Assembly: GCA_964016885.1 (NCBI GenBank)
Contig: OZ024740.1
Coordinates: 426,622,001 to 426,686,000 of the forward strand
From: Eledone cirrhosa
Taxonomy: Eukaryota
Direction: 5' to 3'
DNA: 64,000 bases
Positions within the stretch are counted from its first letter, which is position 1, and each line of letters starts with the position of its first letter. Both the position numbers and the translations under genes were made by a program. This document shows, piece after piece, positions 1 through 13,375 of this stretch. Below the pieces are notes generated by a model. It saw only the letters and a program-made list of their open reading frames with translations, was not told the DNA's origin and searched no databases.

Positions 1-295
1 GATCAGTGTATAGTTCATCAACTTATAGATCCATAAGTTCCCACAGTCAGTGTATAGTTCATCAATTTATAGACCCATAAGTTCCCACAGATCAGCGTAT
101 AGTTCATCAACTTATAGACCCATAAGTTCCCACAGATCAGTGTATATTTCCTCAACTTATAGACCCATAAGTTCCCACAAATCAGTGTATATTTCCTCAA
201 CTTATAGACCCATAAGTTGCCACAGATCAGTGTATAGTTCATCAACTTATAGATCCATAAGTTCCCACAGTCAGTGTATAGTTCATCAACTTATC
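1..295. repeat. 44-45 bp minisatellite, ~6.5 units, may extend beyond window start
   Basis: Unit GATCAGTGTATAGTTCATCAACTTATAGACCCATAAGTTCCCACA repeated head-to-tail; internal AACTTAT/ATAAGTT hairpin. Confidence 0.95.
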
Positions 296-349
296 ATAAA
301 TAACAATATAAACCTGTAACAGAAATAATCACATTAATGGGTAAGTACG

Positions 350-1646
350 CACCAACTCCACCACCAACAGCAACAACTGCAACAACAACACCAACAACAA
401 CAACACCACCAACAACACCACTACCACCACCACCACCAACAACAACAATAACACCAACACCAACACTGCCACCACCACCACCTCCACCACCAACAACAAC
501 AACTGCAACAACAACAACACCAACAACAACAACACCACCACCAGCAACACCACCAACATCACCACCAGCTCTTCCACCACCACCACCACCACCACCAACA
601 ACAATAATACCAACACCAACACTGCCACCACCACCACCTCCACCACCAACAACAACAACTGCAACAACAACAACACCAACAACAACAACTGCAACAACAA
701 CAACACCAACAACAACACCACCACCAGCAACACCACCAACACCACCAACAACACCACCACCACCACCACCTCCACCACCAACAACAACATCTGCAACAAC
801 AGCAACAACAACAACAACACCACCAATACCACCACCACCACCACCAACAACAACAACAATAACACCAACACCAACACTGCCACCACCACCACCTCCACCA
901 CCAACAACAACATCTGCAACAACAACAACAACAACACCACCACCAACACCACCACAACCACCACCACCACCACCACCACCAACAATAACACCAACACCAA
1001 CACTGCCACCACCAACAACAACATCTGCAACAACAACAACACCAACAACAACAACACCACCACCAGCAACACCACCAACACCACCAACAACACCACCACC
1101 ACCACCACCACCACCACCACCACCAACAATAACACCAACACCAACACTGCCACCACCACCACCACCACCACCACCACCACCACCAACAATAACACCAACA
1201 CCAACACTGCCACCACCACCACCACCACCACCTCCACCACCAACAACAACAACTGCAACAACAACAACACCAACAACAACAACACCACCACCAGCAACAC
1301 CACCAACATCACCACCAGCTCTTCCACCACCACCACCACCACCACCACCAACAATAATACCAACACCAACACTGCCACCACCACCACCTCCACCACCAAC
1401 AACAACAACTGCAACAACAACAACACCAACAACAACACCACCACCAGCAACACCACCAACATCACCACCAGCTCTTCCACCACCACCACCACCACCACCA
1501 ACAATAATACCAACACCAACACTGCCACTACCACCACCTCCACCACCAACAACAACAACTGCAACAACAACAACTGCAACAACAACAACACCAACAACAA
1601 CACCACCACCAGCAACACCACCAACACCACCAACAACACCACCACC

Positions 1647-1677
<31 letters not shown>

Positions 1678-2186
1678 CCACCACCAGCAACACCACCAAC
1701 ATTACCACCAGCTCTTCCACCACCACCACCACCACCACCACCACCACCACCACCACCACCAACAATAACACCAACACCAACACTGCCACCACCACCACCT
1801 CCACCACCAACAGCAACAACTGCAACAACAACAACACCAACAACAACAACACCACCACCAGCAACACCACCAACATCACCACCAACACTGCCACCACCAC
1901 CACCACCACTACCAACAACAATAACACCAACACCAACACTGCCACCTCCACCACCGCCACCACCAACAACAATAACACCAACACCAACACTGCCACCACC
2001 ACCACCACCACTACCAACAACAATAACACCAACACCAACATTGCCACCACCACCACCACCACCACCAACAACAATAACACCAACACCAACACTGCCACCA
2101 CCACCACCTCCACCATCACCAACAACAACACCACCACCAGCAACACCACCAACATCACCACCAACACTGCCACCAACACTGCCACC

Positions 2187-2218
<32 letters not shown>

Positions 2219-2993
2219 CACCAACAACAACAACACCACCACCAGCACCACCACCAACATCACCACCAACACTGCCACCACCACCACCTCCACCACCAAC
2301 AACAATAACACCAACACCAACACTGCCACCACCACCACCACAACCACCAACAACAACAATAACACCAACACCAACACTGCCACCACCACCACCTCCACCA
2401 CCAACAACAATAACACCAACACCAACACTGCCACCACCACCACCTCCACCAACAACAACAATAACACCAACACCAACACTGCCACCACCACCACCACCTC
2501 CACCAACAACAACAATAACACCAACACCAACACTGCCACCACCACCACCACCTCTACCAACAACAACAATAACACCAACACCAACACTGCCACCACCACC
2601 ACCACCTCTACCAGCAACAACAATAACACCAACACCAACACTGCCACCACCACCACCACCTCCACCAACAACAACAATAACACCAACACCAACACTGCCA
2701 CCCCAACCACCTCCACCACCAACAACAACAATAACACCAACACCAACACTGCCACCACCACCACCACCTCCACCAACAACAACAATAACACCAACACCAA
2801 CACTGCCACCACCACCACCTCCACCACCAACAACAACAATAACACCAACACCAACACTGCCACCACCACCACCTCCACCACCAACAACAATAACACCAAC
2901 ACCAACACTGCCACCACCACCACCACCTCCACCAGCAACACCACCAACAACACCACCAACATCACCACCAACACTGCCACCTACACTGCCACC

Positions 2994-3024
<31 letters not shown>

Positions 3025-3330
3025 CCAACAACAACAACACCACCACCAGCACCACCACCAACATCACCACCAACACTGCCACCACCACCACCACCACCAA
3101 CAACAACAACAATAACACCAACACCAACACTGCCACCACCACCACCTCCACCACCAACAACAACAATAACACCAACAACAACAACACCACCACCAGCACC
3201 ACCACCAACATCACCACCAACACTGCCACCACCACCACCACCACCACCAACAACAACAATAACACCAACACCAACACTGCCACCACCACCACCTCCACCA
3301 CCAACAACAATAACACCAACACCAACACTG

Positions 3331-3366
<36 letters not shown>

Positions 3367-3678
3367 CCAACACCATCACTGCCACCACCACCACCTCCAC
3401 CACCAACAACAATAACACCAACAAAAACACTGCCACCACCACCACCTCCACCACCAACAACAATAACACCAACACCAACACTGCCACCACCACCACCACC
3501 ACCAACAACAACAATAACACCAACACCAACACTGGCACCACCACCACCTCCACCACCAACAACAACAATAACACCAACAACAACAACACCACCACCAGCA
3601 CCACCACCAACACCAACACCAACACTGCCACCACCACCACATCCACCACCAACAACAATAACACCAACACCAACACTG

Positions 3679-3714
<36 letters not shown>

Positions 3715-4020
3715 CCAACACCAACACTGCCACCACCACCACCTCCACCACCAACAACAATAACACCAACACCAACACTGCCACCACCACCACCACCAAC
3801 AACAACAACAATAACACAAACACCATCACTGCCACCACCACCACCTCCACCACCAACAACAATAACACCAACACCAACCCTGCCACCACCACCACCTCCA
3901 CCACCAACAACAATAACACCAACACCAACACTGCCACCACCACCACCACCACCAACAACAACAATAACACCAACACCAACACTGCCACCACCACCACCTC
4001 CACCACCAACAACAACATCA
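350..4020. repeat. (CCA/ACA)n low-complexity tract with higher-order units
   Basis: Almost only C and A on + strand; recurring ATAACACCAACACCAACACTGCCACCA unit; long ORFs on both strands (Pro/Thr vs Val/Leu), as expected from composition. Confidence 0.9.
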
Positions 4021-4629
4021 ATATATATATTAAAGTAAATGTATCGACTTGAGGGACGAACGTCTAAACATACGACTTAATTAAATTTTATGTAATAAGA
4101 TATTTCCACTTAATTTTGAGTCTCTAATTGTCTATAGAAAACTTTCATTCATGAATATTTACATTAACTGCTTGGTATAATCTTTAGAACTTCAGATAAT
4201 ATACTTTGTGGTATTCAGTTACCATCCTTTAAATTCGCGGTTCAAATCCCACGATAGTCATCTTTGACTTACATTTTTGCATTGGCGATAAATTCAGTGT
4301 TGCTTAAAGACAGAAGTTGATATAGTCACCATTTCTCTCCTTCTAAATTCCTGACCTTGTATGTATGTGAGAAATTATAATTAATATTGAGTGCAAAAGT
4401 CTCAAAACCCCGACGAAACCTTTCCAATATTCTGGCGGGTACCGACAAAATTGTCCAGAGTGGACATGTAAGCAATGACATAGCTTAATGTAGATTATAT
4501 CTTGAGGCCAGTGAAATGTCACTTGGATGAGGGTGAATGGTTTAAAACATGAAACATCTAATGACTCCAAGATACAACACTTGTGACATGTCCAAATATT
4601 GTGTCCGTTGATGTGTGAAGAACCAGCAC

Positions 4630-4705
4630 CAACCATGAACAACCTGAAATTATCTGATCTATAATCTCATTGGTTTCGTTGCACGTTTTACTTTTGAGTT
4701 AACAT
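4630..4705 (-). pseudogene. possible relic of non-LTR retrotransposon CCHC zinc-knuckle region (R4/Dong-like)
   Basis: Minus strand reads KTCNETNEIIDQIISGCS, resembling the CxxC..ETxDHIISGC motif; no long ORF. Confidence 0.3.
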
Positions 4706-5010
4706 ACCTTTCCAACTTTGCTTACGTGATGGTAAAACCACTACATGGCTCAACAATTTCACCATATTTCTACTTGCTTTGTCCTATGTGCCCTATCATT
4801 GTCCTTGGAATTTTCTTGGCATTTTTGTCCAAACCTTCCCCCGAAACAGCTAGTTTTTTTTCTGGGTTTTCCTTAAGAATATTACATACACCTGTCTGGC
4901 TAGTTTGAAAATAAAGCGATGTTTCTTATATACAGGTTGATTCTTCACAATTATACTTTCTAATATTTGTATCATTTGGGTATATTATAATATACCTAAG
5001 AAGAACAAGG

Positions 5011-5466
5011 TATATTATAATATTATTCAGAAGAACAAGGCGAACGATTCCACTAAGATGTGAAAGAGATAGAGCGGAGGTACCAGGGACACTGCAATGA
5101 ACAAATGATGGAGGACTATATCTGGGGGCTAGTGCGGGAATGCGACCTAGACTACAACCGCAAATCCAGGAAATCCAGCCATTTCTGACGTGTATAAGTT
5201 GCTTTATAAGTGTTATTTGTTTTTATTTGTTTGCTTTTGATAAGCTTGTGTAATAAAATAAATATATACTCTGTTGATTTAATTATATGAACTGATAAAT
5301 AAAAAAAAAATGTGTTTTTTCTTGAAAAATATGAAAATTTCGAAATATCAAACTCCTGACAACAAACCGAAACTTCTGATTAAATAATAGTGTTTTTTTA
5401 TAATGGGATATAACAAACCAGGAAATGACACTTAGAACCCGGAAACAAAAAATATGTTACACGGTG
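5011..5466 (+). mobile_element. 3' fragment of Chapaev3-like (CMC) DNA transposon
   Basis: YSEEQGERFH*DVKEIERRYQGHCNEQMMEDYIWGL matches the SDEQGERFHQD..MERRYQG..MxDYxW transposase C-terminus; ends in ...ATGTTACACGGTG, consistent with CAC...GTG termini. Confidence 0.55.
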
Positions 5467-5920
5467 TTATCTACCTTAGCTCTCCGTCATTGTATCATTT
5501 CTTTTACCCTACCTATTGTTTTTCATCTAGTCTATATCTCACTTCTTTAATCTACAACACTTCCACAGGTCCAAAGTACGTATTATTTTCTTAAAGACAA
5601 ACATGTAAGTAAATATCCAACTTTTCAACAAAGCTACCTGTTAATTAATTTTTTACATTTATTTTTCTATTCCTGCTCCTAATGATATCAGTGTTTTTAT
5701 GTCCAAAGTTTTCACAGACAATCTCTACGGCCACACAGTTCCCTGTTGTTGTCCTTTGTTCACTCCTTCATAGTTCTACTGCTCTAAACAAGAAATCTCA
5801 CACGTTTTACCATCATTAATATTATATCGAATTGGCTTTGGTTTAAGGAGATCGGCGATAGAAATAGCAGAGGGAAAGAGTTAAGACTGAAATTATTGTT
5901 CAAACTATGCTGACCTTAGA

Positions 5921-6140
5921 TTGGCAGAATCGGTAGAGCATCGGGCAATCTGCTTCGCGGCTTAGGATTACGGTCCTTTGCGTTCTGAGTTCAAATCTCG
6001 CCAAGGTTAGCTTTGACTTTTATCCTTACGGGGTCGATAAAATAAAGTACCAGTCACGTACTGGGGTCGATTTACTCGATTTTCTCATCCCTAAATATTG
6101 TTGGCTTTGTGTCTAAATCAAAAACCGTTATTATTTTTAT
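5921..6140 (+). mobile_element. tRNA-derived SINE
   Basis: A-box-like TGGCAGAATCGG, B-box GAGTTCAAATC, core TTTATCCTTACGGGGTCGATAAAATAAAGTACCAG, ATT-rich tail; same family as 8451, 9551, 40912. Confidence 0.8.
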
Positions 6141-6393
6141 TATTTCTGTTTCAATAAACTGATAAATGTGGTTTTGTAATACTGGAAGACCGAATCGTAA
6201 CAAATAAAGCCAGTATTAATTCGCACTAACGTGTAATATGTATACATTTAGTCTCACAATGAGTATTTTAATCTCTGATCATTTCACAGCTACCTCAGTA
6301 CCGTAGTATGAGTGGCAGATGATGCGTATATTTCATTGTTGTTACATTTCAGCATTCATGCTCATATGCTGGTGTATTAACAACGATGGCTTT

Positions 6394-7392
6394 GAAAGTT
6401 CTCAGATACTTTCGTCCTCCTCAGAAAGTTCCCAGTTACACACGTCCTCGCCAGAAAGTTCCCAGGTACACGCGTCCTCGGCAGAAAGTTCCCAGCTACG
6501 CACATCCTCCACAGAAAGTTCCCAGCTACACAGGTCCTCGCCAGAAAGTTCCCAGTTACACACGTCCTCGCCAGAAAGTTCCCAGTTACACACGTCCTCG
6601 CCAGAAAGTTCCCAGTTACACACGTCCTCTCCAGAAAGTTCCCAGCTAGGCACATCCTCCACAGAAAGTTCCCAGCTACACAGGTCCTCGCCAGAAAGTT
6701 CCCAGTTACTTACGTCCTTGCCAGAAAGTTCCCAGCTACACACGTCCAAATCAGAAAGTTCCCAGGTACACACGTCCTCGCCAGAATGTTCCCAGTTACA
6801 CACGTCCTCGCCAGAAAGTTCCCAGTTACACGCGTCCAAATCAGAAAGTTCCCAGCTACACACGTCCCCCTCAGAATGTTCCCAGGTACACACGTCCTCG
6901 CCAGAAAGTTCCCAGTTACACACGTCCTCGCCAGAAAGTTCCCAGTTACACACGTCCTCTCCAGAAAGTTCCCAGCTAGGCACATCCTCCACAGAAAGTT
7001 CCCAGCTACACAGGTCCTCGCCAGAATGTTCCCAGTTACACACGTCCTCGCCAGAAAGTTCCCAGTTACACACGTCCTCGCCAGAATGTTCCCAGTTACA
7101 CACGTCCTCGCCAGAAAGTTCCCAGCTAGGCACATCCTCCACAGAAAGTTCCCAGCTACACAGGTCCTCGCCAGAATGTTCCCAGTTACACACGTCCTCG
7201 CCAGAAAGTTCCCAGCTAGGCACATCCTCCACAGAAAGTTCCCAGCTACACAGGTCCTCGCCAGAATGTTCCCAGTTACACACGTCCTCGCCAGAATGTT
7301 CCCAGTTACACACGTCCTCGCCAGAAAGTTCCCAGTTACACACGTCCTCGCCAGAATGTTCCCAGTTACACACGTCCTCGCCAGAATGTTCC
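6394..7392. repeat. 30 bp minisatellite, ~33 units
   Basis: Unit CCAGAAAGTTCCCAGTTACACACGTCCTCG with variant units. Confidence 0.95.
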
Positions 7393-8330
7393 AGAAGTGT
7401 AGTCTTCTTCATTGTCATGTATTAATTATTCTTTAAGTTGATGGTAAAATATAAAAAAAATTCGAGATGATATTGATAGATTACTCTCAGTAGAAATTAC
7501 GAATGTAAACGTATATAAGGAACCGCATGAACTTGTGAAAACATTCAGTATACATAAACCCTGTGGTGTTGACAATCCATCATTTCCTTGCATGGAAAAT
7601 GGATCATGTCAAAATAAATTCCCTAAAAGCTTTCGAGAATAAACCTTTTTAAATGTAATTTGATATCCTGTATATTGCCGGTACGATAACTGAGTTAAAG
7701 TAGATGTTAGATGCCACTTCATTGATAATCGCTATCTGGTGCCATATAACACATTTCTACCGAAAAAATAGTATCAACTATTAATATTGTGTTATATCCA
7801 TCTATGAAAAAAGTCAAATATATATATTTATATATATATATATATATGTTTACAAAGGTCACGAGTGTTCTTGTATGAAAATAAAAAAGCGTTAACGTCA
7901 ACTCATCTGCTATTATTGCACCGGCCGTTAGTGACAACGTCACACGAGAAATGAATTTGAAACTCATTTAAGGTGGGTTAAAGTCTTGTCTTATTTGTAG
8001 ATATGTGCTCCCACCCCACCTCCTTGACGTAATGTAGGGGTTATCACAGTATAAATGTATGGAAAGAAGTGAATTTCACCAAGTCACTGAACCACAAGGC
8101 GGCCACAATACTAATTTAACTGCTTGGTTCAAGCTAAATAAACCTCATGCGAATACACGTAACTTCTTGTACTGTGAAACTGCCAATAATGCTTTTAATG
8201 AAATAGAAAGGAAGTGACTGAGAAATGTTATTAACACTGTTCAAAGGATAAGGTATGAAAATCTAGAAGTATTTCACATTTACATGTTGTTGGTTCATGA
8301 TCCTAGGGTAAGGGTTACTGAATGATATTA
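7389..8330 (+). pseudogene. degraded Helitron Rep (HUH/Y2) domain
   Basis: Motifs in Rep order across frames: FQKCSLLHCHVLIIL (HUH), DDIDRLLSVEI, ELVKTFSIHKPCGVDNPSFPCMENGSCQNKFPK, DNRYLVPYN, KVKYIY..YVYKGH, LTAWFKLN; many stops and frameshifts. Confidence 0.8.
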
Positions 8331-8450
8331 AACCAACTTTGAAGGTGCAAGAATTCGTTTGCTAATGCTACGACAGAACCCTCCACCATCAAATTGCCGG
8401 CTCGCTGTTTAGAATGTTAGCCACCATCTGTACACATGGCCATCATATAA

Positions 8451-8637
8451 TTGTTTCTACTTTTGGCACAAGGCCAGCAATTACCCAGTACTTTACTGGT
8501 ACTTTATTTTATCGACCCCGTAAGGATGAAAGGCAAAGTTAACCTCGACGGGATTTGAACTCAGACCCTAAAGGGATGTAACTATGCTAGAAAGCATGGC
8601 GTCCGACCCTCTACTGATACTGCCAATTCACCGCCCT
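8451..8637 (-). mobile_element. tRNA-derived SINE
   Basis: Reverse complement of the SINE family (GATTTGAACTC B-box, ATCGACCCCGTAAGGATGAAAGGC core). Confidence 0.85.
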
Positions 8638-9285
8638 CATGTAATTGAAAGGAAGCTATGAAAGAAATTCAACTATGCGATGATAGAATAGATTTTGTTA
8701 AAAGTTCGCCAGCTAAACCTGACTGAAAATATGGTTCGTCATAAAATAATATTTAACTGAAATGGAGCAAAGTGTTTGTGCTTGTGTTTTTTATTTTGTT
8801 AATATTGTACTCCTTCATTATTTATGGCTTTTTATTGTCTTTTTCATGTTGATGGACAACAGCAGAACCGATGACTGTTCGATGATAGTGAGAACGTATA
8901 TCCCATCATCGGTTGCAATTGCCAACTAACGATAGCACCCCACACTTCTCATAACGAGGATGTAATAGATGATGGAGAGGAGGGAAATTACTGATAAGAA
9001 TAGGTGTAAGTGTAATTTACAAAGGAGGAAAGGTGAACTCGATATTAAGGTGTGCAAAGTGCAAACATGTGTTGAGATGACGAAGATGAAGGTGGCATAA
9101 AATTTACAATTTGAAAAGAACAAACCACTCATATGGAAAATAAAAGTAGAGATAGAAACACAGTGTGTGTATATGTGTGTATGTGTGTGTGTCAGAGTGA
9201 GTGAGAGAGGTACAGATATATATATATACGTATATATAGTAAAATAAAATAAAACAAGGACGATTGGTTACTCCTTCCTTACATT

Positions 9286-9374
9286 TATTGGACGCGCGTT
9301 TCGCCACTGATCAAGTCAAGTTTAGATCTGTATCGATCTAGTCCGACTCTGTAATCCGTGGCTCGTCAGATCCC
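9286..9374 (-). ncRNA. hammerhead ribozyme-like motif (minimal type I, stem I degenerate)
   Basis: Minus strand: CTGACGA-GCCAC...GTGGC-GAAA-CGCGCG-TC; palindromic loop 3; stem I does not pair well. Confidence 0.6.
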
Positions 9375-9550
9375 TTACAATTGTAATGGAAATATATATA
9401 TATATATTTATATATATATATATATTAGGGTAAATATTGATGCAATTCAATTCAAGCACTCAACGTACTTTTTCCACATTGGAGTGACGGAGTAAATATC
9501 GAATAAGTAAAAGCGAAGTAGTTTCAGATGTTCAAGTCCTTTAATAATAA

Positions 9551-9727
9551 TTGTTTCTACTTTAGGCATAAGGCCAGCAATTACCCAGTGCATTACTGGT
9601 AGTTTATTCTATCGACCCCGTAAGGATAAAAGGCAAAGTCAACCTCGGCGGGATTTGAACTCAGATCGTAAAGGGACGTAACTATGCTGGAAAGCATGGC
9701 GTCCGACCCTCTACCGATACTGCCAAT
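9551..9727 (-). mobile_element. SINE nested in family D copy 1
   Basis: Same SINE family; absent at the equivalent site near 11040. Confidence 0.85.
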
Positions 9728-9730
9728 AAT

Positions 9731-9804
9731 GCTGTGATATATATTTCAGTGACGACACTGGCCACACTGTTCTTTGTGCGAGTGTCGTGTCATCATCAGA
9801 CAGC
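9731..9804 (-). ncRNA. hammerhead motif, family D
   Basis: GCTGT-CTGATGA-long stem II-CT-GAAA-TATATA-TC-ACAGC. Confidence 0.7.
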
Positions 9805-11045
9805 TTGTTACATAATAAGGTTATGTTTCCGAGGCAATCCAAATTGGATCGACATGGGAACGGAGGAATTGCATGTTTTGGGGTTTTTCATCCGCTCTCT
9901 TGTGAGTACCAATTCACCCCCACCGGCCTGCGCAAGCGCATGTCCGAAGGAAGTTGACCATTAGCCACCGCAGATTTCAACGAAATTCGCTTAGTCAGTT
10001 CACCCCCTCAGCCAAAACAATGGCCCACCAATGCCTCTACCATATTTTACTGCTACCCATCACGGCTGTGGCAGTCAGCCGAGAGCCAGAGGGGATGGGA
10101 GAGTGTTAGTTTTTACAGGTCATAATACTACCTCTCACCTAGCGTTGGCGGTACGACTGACCATCACCTTATAAGGGAAAATAAACTTAATTCTAGGTAT
10201 CATGGTTTTACGTTGGAAGTTAAGAGTGAGAGTTGGAAATAAAAATTAAAATCCTAAATCAAATATCAGAAATTATAAATTAAACAATTAAGAAATTAAC
10301 AATTAGAAATTAAAGAATTTAAAAAAAAAAATTATTTTCAGATGATAATTCCGATTGAGGTGAGTAAAAATATAGACTGAAGTGAGTAAATAATATGGAG
10401 AGAGATGTTTAAGTAATATGTTCTGAGAGGGATTCTAGTGTCACAGTTACTCTATCCACATATTGTACGACAGTGCCGTACATTATAATTGAGGGCAAAC
10501 TACAGGGCTCCAGGCATTAGTCAATCTGGTACACAGTTATAATTTCCATCACATGGAACAAAATCAAAGAAAAACAGACATAAAGTACACAAAAGAAAAG
10601 AACAGAACCAATAGTGAATAAATGCAAAAACACAGAGTACATATATGCAAAATGATCCATATGATTGTCCATCTGTCCATGTATAGATTGAATTGAGGGG
10701 GCTTCTGTTCAAATGCGATTTGGTGCAGGGAAATAGGGGTTTATCCTATTATTTGTTTCCGCGTATTCATCCTGCCGAAAGTTACTATTATGTCCGTCCA
10801 GTGTAAGGGGTTTCCATCCCCAAGGTAGAGGGAATTTCCGGGGTAGCTTATGGTTGGTTCCTCTCTTCTCCACCATATAGGTTACGTCGTAAAGCGCTCA
10901 ACTAATTGGAGCTAAATTATTAGGGTAAACATTGATGCAATTCAATTCAAGCACTCAACGTACTTTTTCCACATAGGAGTGACGGAGTAAATATCGAAAA
11001 GGAAAAGCGAAGTAGTTTCAGATGTCCAAGTCCTTTAATAATAAT

Positions 11046-11119
11046 GATGTGATGTATATTTCAGTGACGACACTGGCCACACTGTTCTGTGTGCGAGTGT
11101 CGTGTCATCATCAGACAGC
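11046..11119 (-). ncRNA. hammerhead motif, family D (second tandem unit)
   Basis: Same motif 1315 bp from the first; one substitution each in loop 3 and stem I. Confidence 0.65.
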
Positions 11120-11610
11120 TTGTTACATAATAAGGTTATGTTTCCGAGGCAATCCAAATTGGATCGACATGGGAACGGATGAATTGCGTGTTTTGGGGTT
11201 TTTCATCCGCTCCCTTGTGAGTACCAATTCACCCCCACCGGCCTGCGCAAGCGCATGTCCGAAGGAAGTTGACCATTAGCCACCGCAGGTTTCAACGAAA
11301 TTCGCTTAGTCAGTTCACCCCCTCAGCCAAAACAATGGCCCACCAATGCCTCTACCATATTTTACTGCTACCCATCACGGCTGTGGCAGTCAGCCGAGAG
11401 CCAGAGGGGATGGGAGAGTGTTAGTTTTTACAGGTCATAATACTACCTCTCACCTAGCGTTGACGGTACGACTGACCATCACCTTATAAGGGAAAATAAA
11501 CTTAATTCTAGGTATCATGGTTTTACGTTGGAAGTTACGAGTGAGAGTTTGAAATAAAAATTAAAATCCAATTTGGATTGCCTCGGTAACATAACCTTAT
11601 TATGTAACAA

Positions 11611-11684
11611 GCTGTCTGATGATGACACGACACTCGCACACAGAACAGTGTGGCCAGTGTCGTCACTGAAATATATATCACAGC
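11611..11684 (+). ncRNA. hammerhead motif, family D (inverted arm)
   Basis: GCTGT CTGATGA TGAC..GTCA CT GAAA TATATA TC ACAGC. Confidence 0.7.
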
Positions 11685-11730
11685 ATTATTATTAAAGGAC
11701 TTGAACATCTGAAACTACTTCGCTTTTCCT

Positions 11731-11771
<41 letters not shown>

Positions 11772-11928
11772 AAAGAAAAGAGGTGTAACACACAAGTTAT
11801 TATATATTGGTAAACGGAATAGAAAATTCTGACAAATTGTTCACAGTTGAAAAATGGTTTAATTAGGAATAAAAGAGTATTAGTGATTGTATGGGTTAGT
11901 ATTCAGTTGTGGTTTTAAGTTTTTAAGT

Positions 11929-11965
11929 TTTTACCGGTTGCGCATTTCTAAATGCTTTTCAAAAA
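11929..11965 (-). ncRNA. variant hammerhead-like motif (inverted arm of PLE A)
   Basis: Reverse complement of 16369-16405, identical sequence. Confidence 0.45.
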
Positions 11966-12293
11966 TAATTTTGAGATAGAGTGTCCGTGCTGTTTGCTCT
12001 GATCTGATTAGTTTTGGGAATTCTACCTGTTTTTATGTTAAAAAAGTGGCTCCAGCGTTATTTTTGTGTTGCAAAAATTCTTGTGGTCAAAACAATTTTG
12101 ATTGGTCGGTAGAGGTCATGTGAATGTAAAAAGTTGATTTTGCGCCAAGACTGTTTTTATGTTAAAAAAGTGGCTCCAGCAAAAATTCTTGGTCAAAACG
12201 ATTTTGATTGGTCGGTAGTGGTCATGTGAATAAAAAATTGGTTTTGCGCCAAGATTGAGAAATGATTCTTTCACAACAAATATGTGTGTGTGT

Positions 12294-12333
<40 letters not shown>

Positions 12334-12414
12334 TAGTAGTAGTAGTAGTAGTAGTAAGGTATTCGATGCTGCGACAATGGCCATCAGCGATGTGTGTCAA
12401 ATGGCTATTAAGAT

Positions 12415-12511
<97 letters not shown>

Positions 12512-12795
12512 GCAGAGTGATTCGTGGTGGTAGGGATGGTCAGTAAGAATGTGTCTGAAAGCAATGGGGGGTATTTTAGCATGTCAAAAGATAAGTGTGT
12601 GTTTGTGTGTGTGTGTGCATAGCAGAGTAATTTGTGGTGGCAGGGATGGTCAGTAAGAATGTGTCTGAAAGCAATGGGGGGTATTTTAGCATGTCAAAAG
12701 ATATTTTTCAGCTTTTGTCTTATACGGAGAGTGCGTGTGTGTGTGTGTGTGTGTATATAAGTCTCTTTGTATGTTGATGTACGCGTGTGTTTGTG

Positions 12796-12840
<45 letters not shown>

Positions 12841-13375
12841 ACCAGTATTTTTTCCCTCCTGGTAAAATGGTGTACATTATTCGATTTTTTCAGTAAAATC
12901 GGTTCTCTTAATAGAACATCAAAAATCTTAACAATAAAAGGTGTGAAATGATATTCACTATATATATATACACATACATATATTCACTACATATATATAT
13001 ATATATATACATATATACATACATATATATGCACATATATTTCTTTGTATTGCACCATAGAGCATGTGTGTTTACGTGTGTCATTGTGTTTATATGTGGG
13101 TAGAGATGTGTGCTGATGTAGGTATGTATGTTGACGTGTGTATGTTGTGGGTTCGTCTTAGGGAGAAGTGTTTAGACGGGGTCCGTATTTGTTGATGAAA
13201 TAAGATTCCTTGCTGATGCGCTGGGTGTGGGTGGCATTATCTTTAAATTTGTAGAGTGGAAAGATTCTGAAGTTGGGATGATTTTGGGCGGCACAGGTAC
13301 CAATGCACAGGTATCAATGAATCATTAGCCAGAAATAGAAGCAATTACACCCCTTCAAAAGGTAGAAATAAAATC

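Larger units (their letters stand above)
9424..11733 (-). mobile_element. non-autonomous PLE-like family D, copy 1: ~1.3 kb partial tandem plus inverted terminal segment
   Basis: 9424-10255 (less SINE) repeated at 10918-11569; 11566-11733 is the reverse complement of ~10998-11164; TA tracts on both flanks; three hammerhead motifs; no convincing ORF. Confidence 0.75.

Noticed and set aside
1-295. CRISPR-like array (hairpin-containing repeats)
   Set aside because: Units are contiguous without unique spacers; eukaryotic context; no cas genes
337-4038. 1233 aa Pro/Thr-rich mucin/extensin-like ORF
   Set aside because: No signal peptide or unique domain; C/A triplet composition keeps both strands open; the ATG is immediately followed by a GTAAGT donor-like site
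6319-7425. 368 aa Ser-rich secreted protein
   Set aside because: ORF is nearly all 30 bp minisatellite open in several frames and ends inside a Helitron relic; the hydrophobic N-terminus may be chance
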